This document shows, one piece after another, positions 46,214-61,707 of a DNA stretch of 64,000 nt. Position 1 is the stretch's first letter. Every line of letters starts with the position of its first letter. The notes below the pieces were generated by a model that worked only from the letters and a program-made list of their open reading frames with translations, ran no database searches and was not told the DNA's origin. Origin of the DNA: an uncultured delta proteobacterium (GTDB taxonomy: Bacteria > Myxococcota_A > Polyangia > Haliangiales > Haliangiaceae); contig CAWKDB010000011.1 in assembly GCA_963848295.1 (NCBI GenBank), forward strand, positions 32,001-96,000. Reading direction: 5' to 3'. The translations under genes were made by a program, and so were the position numbers.

Positions 46214-47988
46214 CGTCCCGCGCCGCGCTGCTCGTGCTCGCGTCCGGCTGCCTCAGCGTGCCGTCGGCGTCGACCCCGGCGTGCACGGTCGACAGCGACT
46301 GCGCCGCGGGTGAGCAGTGCCAGGAGTCGACCTGTTGGGGCGATCCGCCGCCCGGCCCGTTCGTCGCGACCCTCGCGCCGCCCGCTTCGCGACCGGATCT
46401 CGCCGCGCGGGAGTATCAGTCATTCGATATCCCGCAGGACGGCAACGTCGCGGACTCGATGACCACGATGCTGCAGCTCGAATCGGCGAAGACGATCACC
46501 GGTCGGGTCGAGGCCGCATGCCCGATGGGCACGCCCTGCGATCGCACCTCGCTCGCCGCGACGATCACGGTCACCCGCGCGCCGAAGTTTGCGGGCGGTC
46601 GCGGCGTCGACCTCACGGCGAGCTCGACGCCGGGCCTCACGCCCGACGCCGGCGACTCGTTCACGGTCAACGTGCCGGAGTCCGACCCCGGCGACCCGCC
46701 GTTCGTCATCACGATCCTGCCGGCCGGACGCACGGAGGCCCCGCCGATGGACGGCACCGCGGCGGCGCAAGACGTCCCGCCGATGCGGGTCGAGCTCACC
46801 GCGGATCAGATCGGCGGCTCGCAGCTGTTCACGCTCGGCGGCGACACGCTGCCGGTGATCTCCGGCTCGTTGCTCGATACATACGGCACCGCGCTGCGCG
46901 ATTACCGCGTCGTCGCGCGCGGCAAGTTCGGCACCGACACCGACACCAACGAGGTCTCGACGATCGACTACTCGACCGACGGCTCGTTCGCGATCACGCT
47001 CGCGGCGGGCGTCGTCGGCCCGATCGAGCTCGTCGCGACGCCGTACGCCGACGGCGCGGTCGCGCCGACGCTCGAGCGCATGATGCAACCGGTGACGTCG
47101 ACCCAGAGCCTCTCGCAACCGACCGGGCTCGGCAATCAGGTCACGGTCAAGGTCGCGGTCACCGGCGTCGCGGGCGATGGCTCGGTCGGGCCGGTCAACG
47201 GCGCGCGCGTCATCGTCACCGGCACGTCGAGCACGATCGTCGACGGCAGCACGACCGCGGTGGTGACGTCGGATGTCACGACCGGCGACGACGGCGCTGC
47301 GATGGTGAGCGTGCTCGACGGCACGGCGTTCGCGACGACGTACACGCTCGACATCGTGCCGCCGGCTAATTCGAGCTCCGCGATCATCTTCGGCCAGGCG
47401 TTCGATGCGACCAAGCCGACGCTTCCCGTGCAGCTCGGCCCGCGGCTCAAGCTCCACGGCTACACGCTCGACTCGAGTGGCGCCCCGATCGCGAACGTGG
47501 CGGTCACCGTCACGCACGCGCCGCGGTTCACGTGGAATCTGCCCGCTGATCCGCAGGCGTTCCTCGCCGATATCCCGGCCTCGACCGCGGTCACCGATGC
47601 GGGCGGCGGCTTCGTCGTCTACGTCGATCCGATCGTCGATGACGTGTGGGGCGTCTATGACCTCGCGTTCGATCCGCCGACCGGCTCGGCATACCCTGCG
47701 TGGTCGCAGCTCGACTTCGAGGTCGATCACGTCCCGCTCTCGATCGAGCCCGCGATGACGGTGCCGACCACCACGATCCCCGACGCCGCGCACATCCACG
47801 GGCTGGTCACCGACACCGAAGGCGATCCCGTCCCCGGAGCCGACCTCCACATCTACCAGGTCCGCGATCAGTCGCTGTGCACGACGGTGTTGTACGCGCC
47901 GCCGGGCTGCTCTATCCCGGCGCAGGTGCTCGGCTCCGGCACCGCCGACGACATGGGCGAGGTCCGGCTCGTGCTCCCGAGGCCGTGA
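46210..47988 (+). CDS. Large lipoprotein with Cys motif and repeated beta-sandwich (carboxypeptidase-regulatory-like) domains
   Basis: ASGC lipobox, C..DSDC..G..C....C, G.V.D..G.P..GA and TD..G.F repeats. Confidence 0.7.
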   Translation: MTSRAALLVLASGCLSVPSASTPACTVDSDCAAGEQCQESTCWGDPPPGPFVATLAPPASRPDLAAREYQSFDIPQDGNVADSMTTMLQLESAKTITGRVEAACPMGTPCDRTSLAATITVTRAPKFAGGRGVDLTASSTPGLTPDAGDSFTVNVPESDPGDPPFVITILPAGRTEAPPMDGTAAAQDVPPMRVELTADQIGGSQLFTLGGDTLPVISGSLLDTYGTALRDYRVVARGKFGTDTDTNEVSTIDYSTDGSFAITLAAGVVGPIELVATPYADGAVAPTLERMMQPVTSTQSLSQPTGLGNQVTVKVAVTGVAGDGSVGPVNGARVIVTGTSSTIVDGSTTAVVTSDVTTGDDGAAMVSVLDGTAFATTYTLDIVPPANSSSAIIFGQAFDATKPTLPVQLGPRLKLHGYTLDSSGAPIANVAVTVTHAPRFTWNLPADPQAFLADIPASTAVTDAGGGFVVYVDPIVDDVWGVYDLAFDPPTGSAYPAWSQLDFEVDHVPLSIEPAMTVPTTTIPDAAHIHGLVTDTEGDPVPGADLHIYQVRDQSLCTTVLYAPPGCSIPAQVLGSGTADDMGEVRLVLPRP

Positions 47989-48235
47989 TCGTCCTTGACC
48001 GACTAGGTCCCCGCGACTATGGTTCGCGCGACTTACAGGTATCGGATGATCACTGTTTCGACGAAGACCAGAGCATGTGAGGACGAATCCGTCCCGCATG
48101 CGCTCTGTCTCGGTAGCGCCACGCTAGGCCGCGATCAGCGACGTCGCTTGGTCCCGGCGAACCCTGGCTCCACGCACCGACCAGCCCTCCGACTGGATGA
48201 TCTCGGAGACGACTTCACGTCCAAGGTTTTTCACG

Positions 48236-51077
<2,842 letters not shown>

Positions 51078-51095
51078 CTGCGTCGGCTCATAGAC

Positions 51096-51128
51096 GGGGC
51101 CCCGTTCATGCGGGGCCTCAGTCGTTTT
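51096..51128 (+). terminator. Possible intrinsic terminator after helicase
   Basis: GGGGCCCCG-TTCATG-CGGGGCCTC hairpin, then GTCGTTTT. Confidence 0.5.
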
Positions 51129-51191
51129 CGGTCTGAATCAGATCGCGTACGTGCACGATCTGCCCTCCCCGAACGTCGGGGCGTCTCTCGC

Positions 51192-51220
51192 TTGACGACT
51201 GAACATCTGCTCCGTAGGGT
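51192..51220 (+). promoter_or_regulatory. uvrA promoter with candidate SOS box in spacer
   Basis: TTGACG-17 nt-TAGGGT; GAAC-ATCT-GCTC at 51201-51212. Confidence 0.6.
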
Positions 51221-51228
51221 GTCGGTCC

Positions 51229-54169
<2,941 letters not shown>

Positions 54170-54209
54170 CCCGCTACCGGAACGCGATACACACGACCGG
54201 GTCAGCCAG

Positions 54210-54803
54210 TCATGCGCGAAACATCACGTCGCTGCGCAGCACGTACTTGACGCCGGTTCGAACGACGCTGCCCTCGTGAACGAGCATGTGCTGGAACAGC
54301 AGCGCGCTGCCGGTGGTCGGCTTCACGACCTCGTCGTAGTCGAGGAACGTCGTCTCGCCACCCGAGAAATCGTCGTTGAGATAGACCATGAACGTCAACA
54401 AGCTACGCTCGTCGCGCGAGCGCTCGAACGAGCCGTCGCGGTGCGGTGCAAACCGTTGCCCGGGCTCGTAGCGATAGCAGCGAAACCGCTCGTTCAAGCC
54501 GATCGGCTTCATGTCGCACAGCGATGCGGGCAACGACGACGCGACCCGATCGAACAGCGCGCGAGCGAGCGCAGGGTCGTCGAACATCACGCGCTTGTTG
54601 TTGCGCACGTCGGGGCGCATCACGATGCCCGCGGCGGTCGACACCGGCGCGTCTTCGGGCCCGAGCGCCTCGATCCGCTCGATGAGCTGCACGCACTGCG
54701 CGCCGGGCATTACTTCCGGCAGCGTGAACGCGAGCGGACCGCGGAGATCGAAGCTGTCGCCGTCGATGTACGGTCGTTGCATGCCGCGGATGATGACGTC
54801 CAT
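54210..54803 (-). CDS. 2OG-Fe(II) oxygenase (prolyl-4-hydroxylase-like)
   Basis: LNERFR.YRY..GQ.F.PH.DG, YLND.F.GGET.F, HEG..V..G.KY..R. Confidence 0.9.
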   Translation of the reverse strand: MDVIIRGMQRPYIDGDSFDLRGPLAFTLPEVMPGAQCVQLIERIEALGPEDAPVSTAAGIVMRPDVRNNKRVMFDDPALARALFDRVASSLPASLCDMKPIGLNERFRCYRYEPGQRFAPHRDGSFERSRDERSLLTFMVYLNDDFSGGETTFLDYDEVVKPTTGSALLFQHMLVHEGSVVRTGVKYVLRSDVMFRA

Positions 54804-54866
54804 GGCTATTCGTGTACAATGAACATTAACAAGCGCAAGCGCGATTCGAGAGCCAGCAACCGTGCG

Positions 54867-55211
54867 TCACGGCAGATTGCTCGCGATATCGTCGGCCGTC
54901 CCGAACACGCCGTCGGGACCGGCGGACGTCACGGTCAACCGCGAATTGCTGCACGCGCCGCGGAAGTGATGATTCCATTCGTCGTTCAACGAGCCGAGCA
55001 CGTGGTGGAACGCCACCACCGTCTGGTCGCAACCGGCGTGGTGGTCATGGCGCCAGTCGGACAGGCCCACGAACGCGATCCAATCCACGGTGTGCTGAAC
55101 GCCGCGGATCTGTTCGGCGAGCGATCGCTTCGCGTTGTTGCGATGGTGAACGAACCAGCCGGTGCCGGCGATCGTGACGATGATCAACAGGGTCTTCTTG
55201 AAACGGGTCAT
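54867..55211 (-). CDS. Small membrane-anchored protein with GspG-like C-terminal motif
   Basis: N-terminal TM; D.W, SAGPDG.FGTADDI. Confidence 0.55.
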   Translation of the reverse strand: MTRFKKTLLIIVTIAGTGWFVHHRNNAKRSLAEQIRGVQHTVDWIAFVGLSDWRHDHHAGCDQTVVAFHHVLGSLNDEWNHHFRGACSNSRLTVTSAGPDGVFGTADDIASNLP

Positions 55212-55349
55212 GACCGACCGTAGAGCAAGCGCGCGGCCGGCCCCGCGACCGCGATAACACCGCGATCGCACGTCGTCGAACGTGCATCAGTTGCCGAACC
55301 GGCAGATCCACCGGTCCCGTCCGCGCCACCGCGGCGCGCGGGCAGCCGT

Positions 55350-56488
55350 CTACAGCTCGTCGCCGGCGAAGGTCAGCACGTCGTCGATGGTCGGCGCGCC
55401 GGTCGCGAGCATCACGAGCCGATCGAACCCGAGGGCGATCCCTGCCGACGGCGGCAGGCCTTCGTGAAGCGCGGCGAGCAGCTTGGCGTCGAGCGGATAG
55501 ACCGGCTTGCCGCGCGTGGCGCGATCGCGCAGCTCGGCCTCGAACCGCGCACGCTGCTCGACCGGATCGGTGAGCTCGTCGAACGCGTTCGCGAGCTCGA
55601 TGCCGCCGACGTATGCTTCGAACCGCAGCGCGGTCGAAGGCGCATCGGGCTTGCGGCGGGCGAGCGCGGCGAGCGGCGCTGGCCAGTCGACGAGGAAGAT
55701 CGCATGATCGAGCTGCGCGAGCTTCGGCTCGACGCGCGCGACGAACGCGGTGAAGAACACGTCGTCCCACGCGAGGCCGTCGGCGAGCTCGATGCCGGCG
55801 GCGCGGACCTTCGCGCCGAGCGCGGCGGCCGATTCGTCTCCGCCGACCGCGACGCCCGCCCAGTCGCGCATCGCATCGCGGACCGCGACCTTGGCCCAGG
55901 GCGACGCGATCGCGATCTCGCGCCCGCCGACGCGAGCCGTGGTGCCGCACGCGGCTTGCGCGAGCTGCTCGACATCGTCCGCGATCGCGTCGAGCGACTC
56001 GTACGCGCGATACCACTCGACCATCGTGAACTCGCTCGAGTGCTGTGCGCCGCGCTCGTTCGCTCGGAAGCATCTGCAGACCTGAAGATCCGCTCGAATC
56101 CGCCGGCGAGCAGTCGCTTCATCTGATACTCGGGCGACGTGATGAGATAACCGTCGCCGGCGCGGACGGCCTCGAGATGGAGCTCGAGCCCCGGGCTCGG
56201 CACGAGCAGCGGCGTCTCGATCTCGAGAAAGCCTCGCCGCTCGAAGAACGCGCGCAGCTCGCGCAACACCCGCGCGCGCTCGCGCAGCCGATCGAGCCGC
56301 AGCCGCGGCAAGCGCATGACCTCGCTGCCGGGCGCCGGATAATCGCCGCCCGTCCACGCGCGCGCGACGCGCTCGTCGTCGACCAGGTCGCCGGGCTTCC
56401 ACCCGGGCCGTGCGGTCAGCCGCGCATCGCGACGCTCGCCACGCACGACAGCGACATCGCCATCGATCGCGAGCACCCGCCCTTTCAT
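55350..56488 (-). CDS. epmA: EF-P beta-lysylation enzyme EpmA/GenX (apparent frameshift ~56080)
   Basis: FLEIETP, LITSPEYQMKRLLA, FR..E...H..EFTM.EWY, GIELAN.F.EL.D, GLPPSAGIALG.DRL; next to efp. Confidence 0.92.
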
Positions 56489-56495
56489 CGGCGCT

Positions 56496-57062
56496 CTAGG
56501 TCTTCGTGACGCGCTCGACGTACTCGTGCGTGCGCGTATCGATCTTGATCAGGTCGCCGACCCGAATGAACAACGGCACGTCGACCGATCCGCCGGTCTC
56601 GACCGTCGCCGGCTTCTTGACGTTGCCGCTGGTGTCACCGCGCACGCCGGGCTCGGAGGCGGTGACCTCGAGGAACACGAACGTCGGGAGCTGGACATCG
56701 ATCGCGCGCTCGTTGAAGAACAGCACCGTGCACGGCAAGTTGTCCTTGAGCAGATCGGCGGCTTTGCCGACCATCTCCGCGCTGACCGAGACCTGCTCGT
56801 AGTTGCTCTGGTCCATGAGCACGAGATCGGTGCCCTCTTTGTAGAGGAACTGCATCTCGCGCTGATCGACGTTCGCGGGCTCGAGCTTCTCGCCCGATCG
56901 GATGTTGATTTCCTTGGTCTTGCCGTTGAGTAGGTTCTTGAACACCGTCCGCGTGAAGGCCGCGCCCTTGCCGGGCTTCACGAACTGGAACTCGACGATG
57001 GTCCACGGGTTGCCATCCATCAGTACCTTGAGGCCCTTGCGAATATCGGACGTGTCGTACAT
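56496..57062 (-). CDS. efp: Elongation factor P
   Basis: VKPGKGAAF, PGVRGDT, VPLFI..GD.I.IDTR..EY. Confidence 0.97.
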   Translation of the reverse strand: MYDTSDIRKGLKVLMDGNPWTIVEFQFVKPGKGAAFTRTVFKNLLNGKTKEINIRSGEKLEPANVDQREMQFLYKEGTDLVLMDQSNYEQVSVSAEMVGKAADLLKDNLPCTVLFFNERAIDVQLPTFVFLEVTASEPGVRGDTSGNVKKPATVETGGSVDVPLFIRVGDLIKIDTRTHEYVERVTKT

Positions 57063-57172
57063 GGCGCCGGGCGGTTTACCCCGCGCTGCGTGGGCCTGTC
57101 AAACCCAGAATCCGTCGAGAACGCGGGCGTTTGCGCCTTGCCGGTCGCGCGATCGTGTGCGATCTCAACCGC

Positions 57173-57694
57173 GTGGACGCCTCGTCACACTACCGCCAGC
57201 TCGTCCAGCTCGGGCGGGACGAGTTTTTGGCGGCCGCGGCGCCGGCCGCGCTCGTCCGCCACCGGGTCGAGGCGGTCGACGCGGCTGCCAGCGGAGCGTC
57301 GACGATGACGCTCGACGACCAGCTCGACGACCACAGCGAAGAGACGCTCCCCCACGGCAAGGATCTGCCCGATCAGGTCGAGCTCGAGGTCTACCCGCTG
57401 AGCAAGAAACCGGGCGCGTCGTTTCCCGATCGGATCACGATCGGACGCACCAGCAACAACGACATCGTGATCATCGACAACTCGGTGTCGCGACTGCACG
57501 CCTACGTGCGGCGCGACGGCGCGGCGTGGCTCGTCGCAGACGCCGGTTCGAAGAACGGCAGCTCGGTACGCGGTGCGACGCTCGAGCCGCGCAAAGAGCA
57601 ACCGCTAGCGTCGCGGATGATCGTTCGGCTCGGCGACGTGGACCTCACGTTCTACATCGCGGCCGATCTATATGCCGCGCTCGGAGGCGTATGA
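57173..57694 (+). CDS. FHA-domain protein
   Basis: ITIGRT.NNDI, SVSRLHA, DAGSKNG. Confidence 0.88.
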   Translation: MDASSHYRQLVQLGRDEFLAAAAPAALVRHRVEAVDAAASGASTMTLDDQLDDHSEETLPHGKDLPDQVELEVYPLSKKPGASFPDRITIGRTSNNDIVIIDNSVSRLHAYVRRDGAAWLVADAGSKNGSSVRGATLEPRKEQPLASRMIVRLGDVDLTFYIAADLYAALGGV

Positions 57695-58059
57695 CCGACT
57701 GGGATCAACGGCAACTGTGTCCAGACGGGAGCTGCACCGGGCTGATCGGCAGCGACGGCCAGTGCAAGGTCTGCGGCCGCGCCGCGCCGAACTGGGGCGA
57801 CGAGCGCACGCGCGGGCTCGCGACCGACGATGAGGACGACTCCGAGGACGAGGATGAGGACGAAGGCGATGACGACGAGGCCCCCGACGCGCAGGCCGCG
57901 GACGACGACGCAGACGAGGAAGATGACGACAAGCCACACGCCGCCGACGACGACGCCGCGTACGAGTGGTCGCGCCGCAAGCTGTGCCCGGACGAGGCGT
58001 GCGTCGGCGTGCTCGGCGCGAACAACAAGTGCAAGGTCTGCGGCAAAGGGCCGGGATGA
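57691..58059 (+). CDS. Small protein with two 4-Cys motifs and acidic linker
   Basis: W..R.LCPD..C.G..G....CKVCG repeated at both ends; SD GGAGG. Confidence 0.75.
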   Translation: MTDWDQRQLCPDGSCTGLIGSDGQCKVCGRAAPNWGDERTRGLATDDEDDSEDEDEDEGDDDEAPDAQAADDDADEEDDDKPHAADDDAAYEWSRRKLCPDEACVGVLGANNKCKVCGKGPG

Positions 58060-58724
58060 CCCGCGTCACGATCGTCGGCGCGGGCGGGCTCGGGGGCCCG
58101 ATCGCGTTCGCACTCGGAGGCGCGGGGCTCGAGCTGTCGATCGTCGACCCCGACGTCGTCGAGCTGTCGAATCTGCATCGCCAGATCCAGTTCACCGCCG
58201 CCGACATCGGCCATGCGAAGGCGCCATTGCTGGCAGCGGCGGTCGTCGCGCGTGGCGGCCGAGCTCGCGGTTACCAGCTCGCGTGGAGAGCCGAGGATGC
58301 CCACGAGCTTGCCGGCGATCTGATCGTCGATGCGAGCGACAGCCCGACCACGAAGTTCGCGGTCGCGGATTGGGCGGTGGCGACCGGTCAGCCGTACGTG
58401 ATCGCGGCGGCGCTGCGCTTCGGCGGCAATGCGTTCGCCGGCGCACCGGGGTCGGCGTGCTATCGCTGCCTGTTCGAGGAGCCCGCGATCGCCGAGACGT
58501 GCGACGGCGCCGGCGTGCTCGGTCCGGTGGTCGGCGCGATCGGCGGGGTCGCGGCCGCGTTGGCGCTCGGTCTGTCGTACGGCGAGCACGGCCACGCCGG
58601 CTCGATCTTCACGTTCGATGATCTGCGGACCTCGACCGAGCCGCGCATCGTCAAGCTCGCTCCACGCGCCGGTTGCCCGGCCTGTGCGCGCGCGCCGCGA
58701 CGGGTCGAGGCGGCGCATGCGTGA
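58056..58724 (+). CDS. ThiF/MoeB-family adenylyltransferase (lacks N-terminal RYxRQ helix)
   Basis: VGAGGLG, D.DVVELSNLHRQ, DASD, CYRCLF, TC..AGVLG, CPAC. Confidence 0.88.
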   Translation: MTRVTIVGAGGLGGPIAFALGGAGLELSIVDPDVVELSNLHRQIQFTAADIGHAKAPLLAAAVVARGGRARGYQLAWRAEDAHELAGDLIVDASDSPTTKFAVADWAVATGQPYVIAAALRFGGNAFAGAPGSACYRCLFEEPAIAETCDGAGVLGPVVGAIGGVAAALALGLSYGEHGHAGSIFTFDDLRTSTEPRIVKLAPRAGCPACARAPRRVEAAHA

Positions 58725-59124
58725 CGAGCAGGTCACACGCTACGCTCGACACATCCAGCTCGCCGACATCGGCGAAGCCGGCCAGACCGCGCTGACGGTC
58801 GCGCGCGCACGCCTGCCCTTGCGCGAGAGCGCCCCGGCGGCGGAGCTCATCGCCGCGAGCTATCTCGCCGCTGGCGGCGTCGGCACGATCGCGGTGGCGA
58901 ACGCGACCGACGAGCAGCGTGCCGCGCTCACCGCGCTCGGGCCTGATTCGCGGATCGTCGAGCGCCTCGACGACGCAGGTTCGCCTCGGGGCGGCGGCGT
59001 CGACGTGACGCTCGCGCAACGCCCGGCCTGGTGGCCGGCGGCGATCGGCGATCAGGTCGCCCTCGCGTTCTGGCGCGGTAGCGTCGCGGCGGCGGCGTGG
59101 ATGGTCGCGACCGCGAGACGGTGA
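58717..59124 (+). CDS. Degenerate ThiF/MoeB N-terminal-like protein
   Basis: RYARHIQL.DIGEAGQ..L and YLAAGGVG.I; no GxGxxG or SNLxRQ. Confidence 0.7.
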   Translation: MRDEQVTRYARHIQLADIGEAGQTALTVARARLPLRESAPAAELIAASYLAAGGVGTIAVANATDEQRAALTALGPDSRIVERLDDAGSPRGGGVDVTLAQRPAWWPAAIGDQVALAFWRGSVAAAAWMVATARR

Positions 59125-59546
59125 TGGCCGTCGTCATCTCCCCGCGAGCTCGCGCCGAGCTGTTCGAGCGAGCCGCGGCCGCGCGCAGCGTCGAGTGTTG
59201 CGGCTATCTCGTCGGGCCGCGCGGCGCCGAACAGATCGACACGGTCGTCGCATGTGACAACGCCGCCGCCGAGCGCGCGACCCGGTTCGCGTTCGGCGAT
59301 GCGGATCTGCTCGCGTTCGTGCGCAGCTTCGACTCCGACCGCCCTGCCCGCGCGATCTATCACTCGCATCCGAACGGGCGCGCGTACTTGTCCGAGACCG
59401 ACCGCGCGGTGGCCGCAACCCGAGCCGGCCCGGTCTACCCGGTCGACCACATCGTGATCGGCGGCGACGAGGCGAAGCACTTCGCGTGGTCGGCCGTCGC
59501 GAGCGACTTCGTCGAGATCGCCCGCTGGCGTGCTACGGTTTCGCCG
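59124..59546 (+). CDS. JAB/Mov34 metalloprotease domain (no stop; reads in frame into larE-like gene)
   Basis: ECCGYL, IYHSHP....LSETD JAMM motif. Confidence 0.8.
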
Positions 59547-60371
59547 ATGTCCGAGAAGCTCGACGCGCTCTCCGCCGCGCTCACCGACTATGGCCGCCTC
59601 GTCGTCGCGTTCTCGGGCGGCGTCGACTCGGCGTTTCTGCTCAAGGTCGCGATCGATGCGCTCGGCGACCGCTGCCACGCGATCACGGCGGTGTCGCCGA
59701 CGATGGCGCGCTCCGAGATCGACGATGCGCGCGCACTCGCCGCCGAGCTCGGCCTCGGCGATCGCCACCACGTCGTCGAGTCACACGAGCTCGAGGTCCC
59801 GGGATTCGCCGACAACCCCGCGCACCGCTGCGCGCTGTGCAAGACCGAGCTCATGGACATCGCGGCTCCACTCGCGGCTCGACTCGACGCGCCGGTCGCG
59901 CTCGGCACGAACGTCGATGATCTCGGCGACGTCCGCCCCGGCATCGCCGCGGCCCGCGATCGCGGTGCACGGATGCCGATGGTCGACGTGCAGCTGACGA
60001 AGCTCGAGATCCGCGCGCTGTCGAAGCAGCTCGGCCTCCGTACCTGGGACAAGCCCCAGCTCGCCTGCTTGTCGTCCCGGTTCCCGTACGGCACGCAGAT
60101 CACGCCGGACCGCCTGCGCCGCGTCGATGGCTTCGAGGACGCGCTGCGCGCGCTCGGGTTTCGTCAGGTCCGGGTCCGCTTCCATGACGCGATCGCGCGA
60201 CTCGAGCTCGACCTGGCCGAGCTGGCCCGGCTCGTCGAGCCCGGCGTGCGCGAAGCGGTCGTCGCCGCCGGCAAGAAGCTCGGGTTCACCTACGTCGCGG
60301 TCGATCTCGCCGGCTTTCGTTCGGGCTCGCTCAACGAGCTGCTGCCGCTCGGAGTCCGGAAGTCGTCGTGA
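59547..60371 (+). CDS. larE: LarE-family ATP-dependent sulfur transferase
   Basis: AFSGGVDS PP-loop, RC..CK, GTN.DDL.D.RPG, WDKP..ACLSSRFPYG, GFRSGS.N. Confidence 0.88.
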   Translation: MSEKLDALSAALTDYGRLVVAFSGGVDSAFLLKVAIDALGDRCHAITAVSPTMARSEIDDARALAAELGLGDRHHVVESHELEVPGFADNPAHRCALCKTELMDIAAPLAARLDAPVALGTNVDDLGDVRPGIAAARDRGARMPMVDVQLTKLEIRALSKQLGLRTWDKPQLACLSSRFPYGTQITPDRLRRVDGFEDALRALGFRQVRVRFHDAIARLELDLAELARLVEPGVREAVVAAGKKLGFTYVAVDLAGFRSGSLNELLPLGVRKSS

Positions 60372-60925
60372 CCCGCGCGCTGCTCGTGCTCGTCGCGATC
60401 GCGGGCGTCGCGGCCGCAAGGACGACGCCGAAGAAGCAAGACGTCGCCAAGCAGACGCATCACGGCGCGGTGCCGGTCGCTGGTACGAAGCCGGCGAAGC
60501 TCGTCAACCTCTACAACCAGTGGACGCACGAGTGGCTCGCGGTAGATCCCGCCGCGCTGCCGTCGCAGGCGACCGTCGATCATTTCCTGCGCGATCACTA
60601 CACGAACAAGTGGACGCATATGGATCCGAAGCTGCTCGGATTTCTGATCGCCGCGGCCACGAGCTTTCACGCCGACGTCGTCGAGGTCGTGTCGGGGTTT
60701 CGCCACCCGAAGTACAACTTGATCCTTCGCAAGAAGGGCCACCAAGTCGCGCGCGACAGCCAACACACGCATGGCAACGCGGTCGACTTCTACATCCCGA
60801 ACATCACGACCCAGCAGCTCCACGCCTGGGCGAAAGCGCAGCACGCCGGCGGCGTCGGACTCTATCTCGAGAGCAAGTTCGTCCACATGGACACCGGCCC
60901 GGTGCGCTACTGGTCTGGCGACTAG
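60368..60925 (+). CDS. YcbK/DUF882 (M15A) peptidase
   Basis: HFLRDH, MDPKL, VSGFR, VA..SQH..G.AVD, GGVG.Y..S.FVH.DTG..R.W. Confidence 0.9.
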   Translation: MTRALLVLVAIAGVAAARTTPKKQDVAKQTHHGAVPVAGTKPAKLVNLYNQWTHEWLAVDPAALPSQATVDHFLRDHYTNKWTHMDPKLLGFLIAAATSFHADVVEVVSGFRHPKYNLILRKKGHQVARDSQHTHGNAVDFYIPNITTQQLHAWAKAQHAGGVGLYLESKFVHMDTGPVRYWSGD

Positions 60926-60956
60926 CGCTCCGCCGCCTTCTGATCGACAATGGCTC

Positions 60957-61688
60957 ATGCGCGCAGCGCTCACCGTGCTGTTAGCGGCGTGCTCCTTTCA
61001 TCCGCCGGGCGAACAACCGCAGCTCGACGCACCGGCGCCGCACGATGTGCGCGCGAACGACAGCCGCGTTGCGGACGCCATGGGCGATTCGTTCGTCGCG
61101 CGCGACTGCGCGCTCGAAACCGACGATGGCAGCCTCGACAAGTCGGGCACGACCGGCGACAACGGCGGGTCGCCGAGCGCATCGATCGAGTGCGACGCAC
61201 CGACCGATATGATCGTCGGGATCGCGTTGCAGATCAGCAATCAGAACACCGTGTACGGCGGGAGGTCGGCGCTCGCGATCGACATCTCGTGCGCGCCGGT
61301 CACGGTCCACCCGGACCAGTCCGCGACGGTCGGCACGATCTACACGCACGAGGCGTCCGGCCTCGGCACGTATATGTGGTCCCCGGCGACGCTGACCTCG
61401 ACCGCGCAGTGCGCCGCGGACTCCGTCGTGACCGGGATCGATGCTCATACGACCGGCTCGAACGATATGTTCGAGGACGTCACGATCACGTGCTCGCAAC
61501 TCGGCCCCGACGGCGCGCTGACCGGCAGCACCGCAGCGATCTACATCGCCGGTTCGCAGACCGACGCCCAGGGCGATACGCCAGCCTCGTGCAACACCGG
61601 TGACGTGCTGCGTCGACTCGATCCCGACACAGGCGCCGGCCTCGATTCGGTCACGCTGCGCTGCGCGCCAGCGCAATGTCAGCCCTGA
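60957..61688 (+). CDS. Cys-containing lipoprotein (beta-prism/lectin-like repeats possible)
   Basis: LAAC lipobox; three repeats of C....V.G....(D)....I.C. Confidence 0.65.
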   Translation: MRAALTVLLAACSFHPPGEQPQLDAPAPHDVRANDSRVADAMGDSFVARDCALETDDGSLDKSGTTGDNGGSPSASIECDAPTDMIVGIALQISNQNTVYGGRSALAIDISCAPVTVHPDQSATVGTIYTHEASGLGTYMWSPATLTSTAQCAADSVVTGIDAHTTGSNDMFEDVTITCSQLGPDGALTGSTAAIYIAGSQTDAQGDTPASCNTGDVLRRLDPDTGAGLDSVTLRCAPAQCQP

Positions 61689-61707
61689 CCGGCGGTAGGA
61701 TGGCAGG

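Noticed and set aside
57670..57694. FHA protein ending LGGV as a JAB-processed ubiquitin-like modifier
   Set aside because: The FHA fold is not beta-grasp and GG-x endings arise easily by chance.
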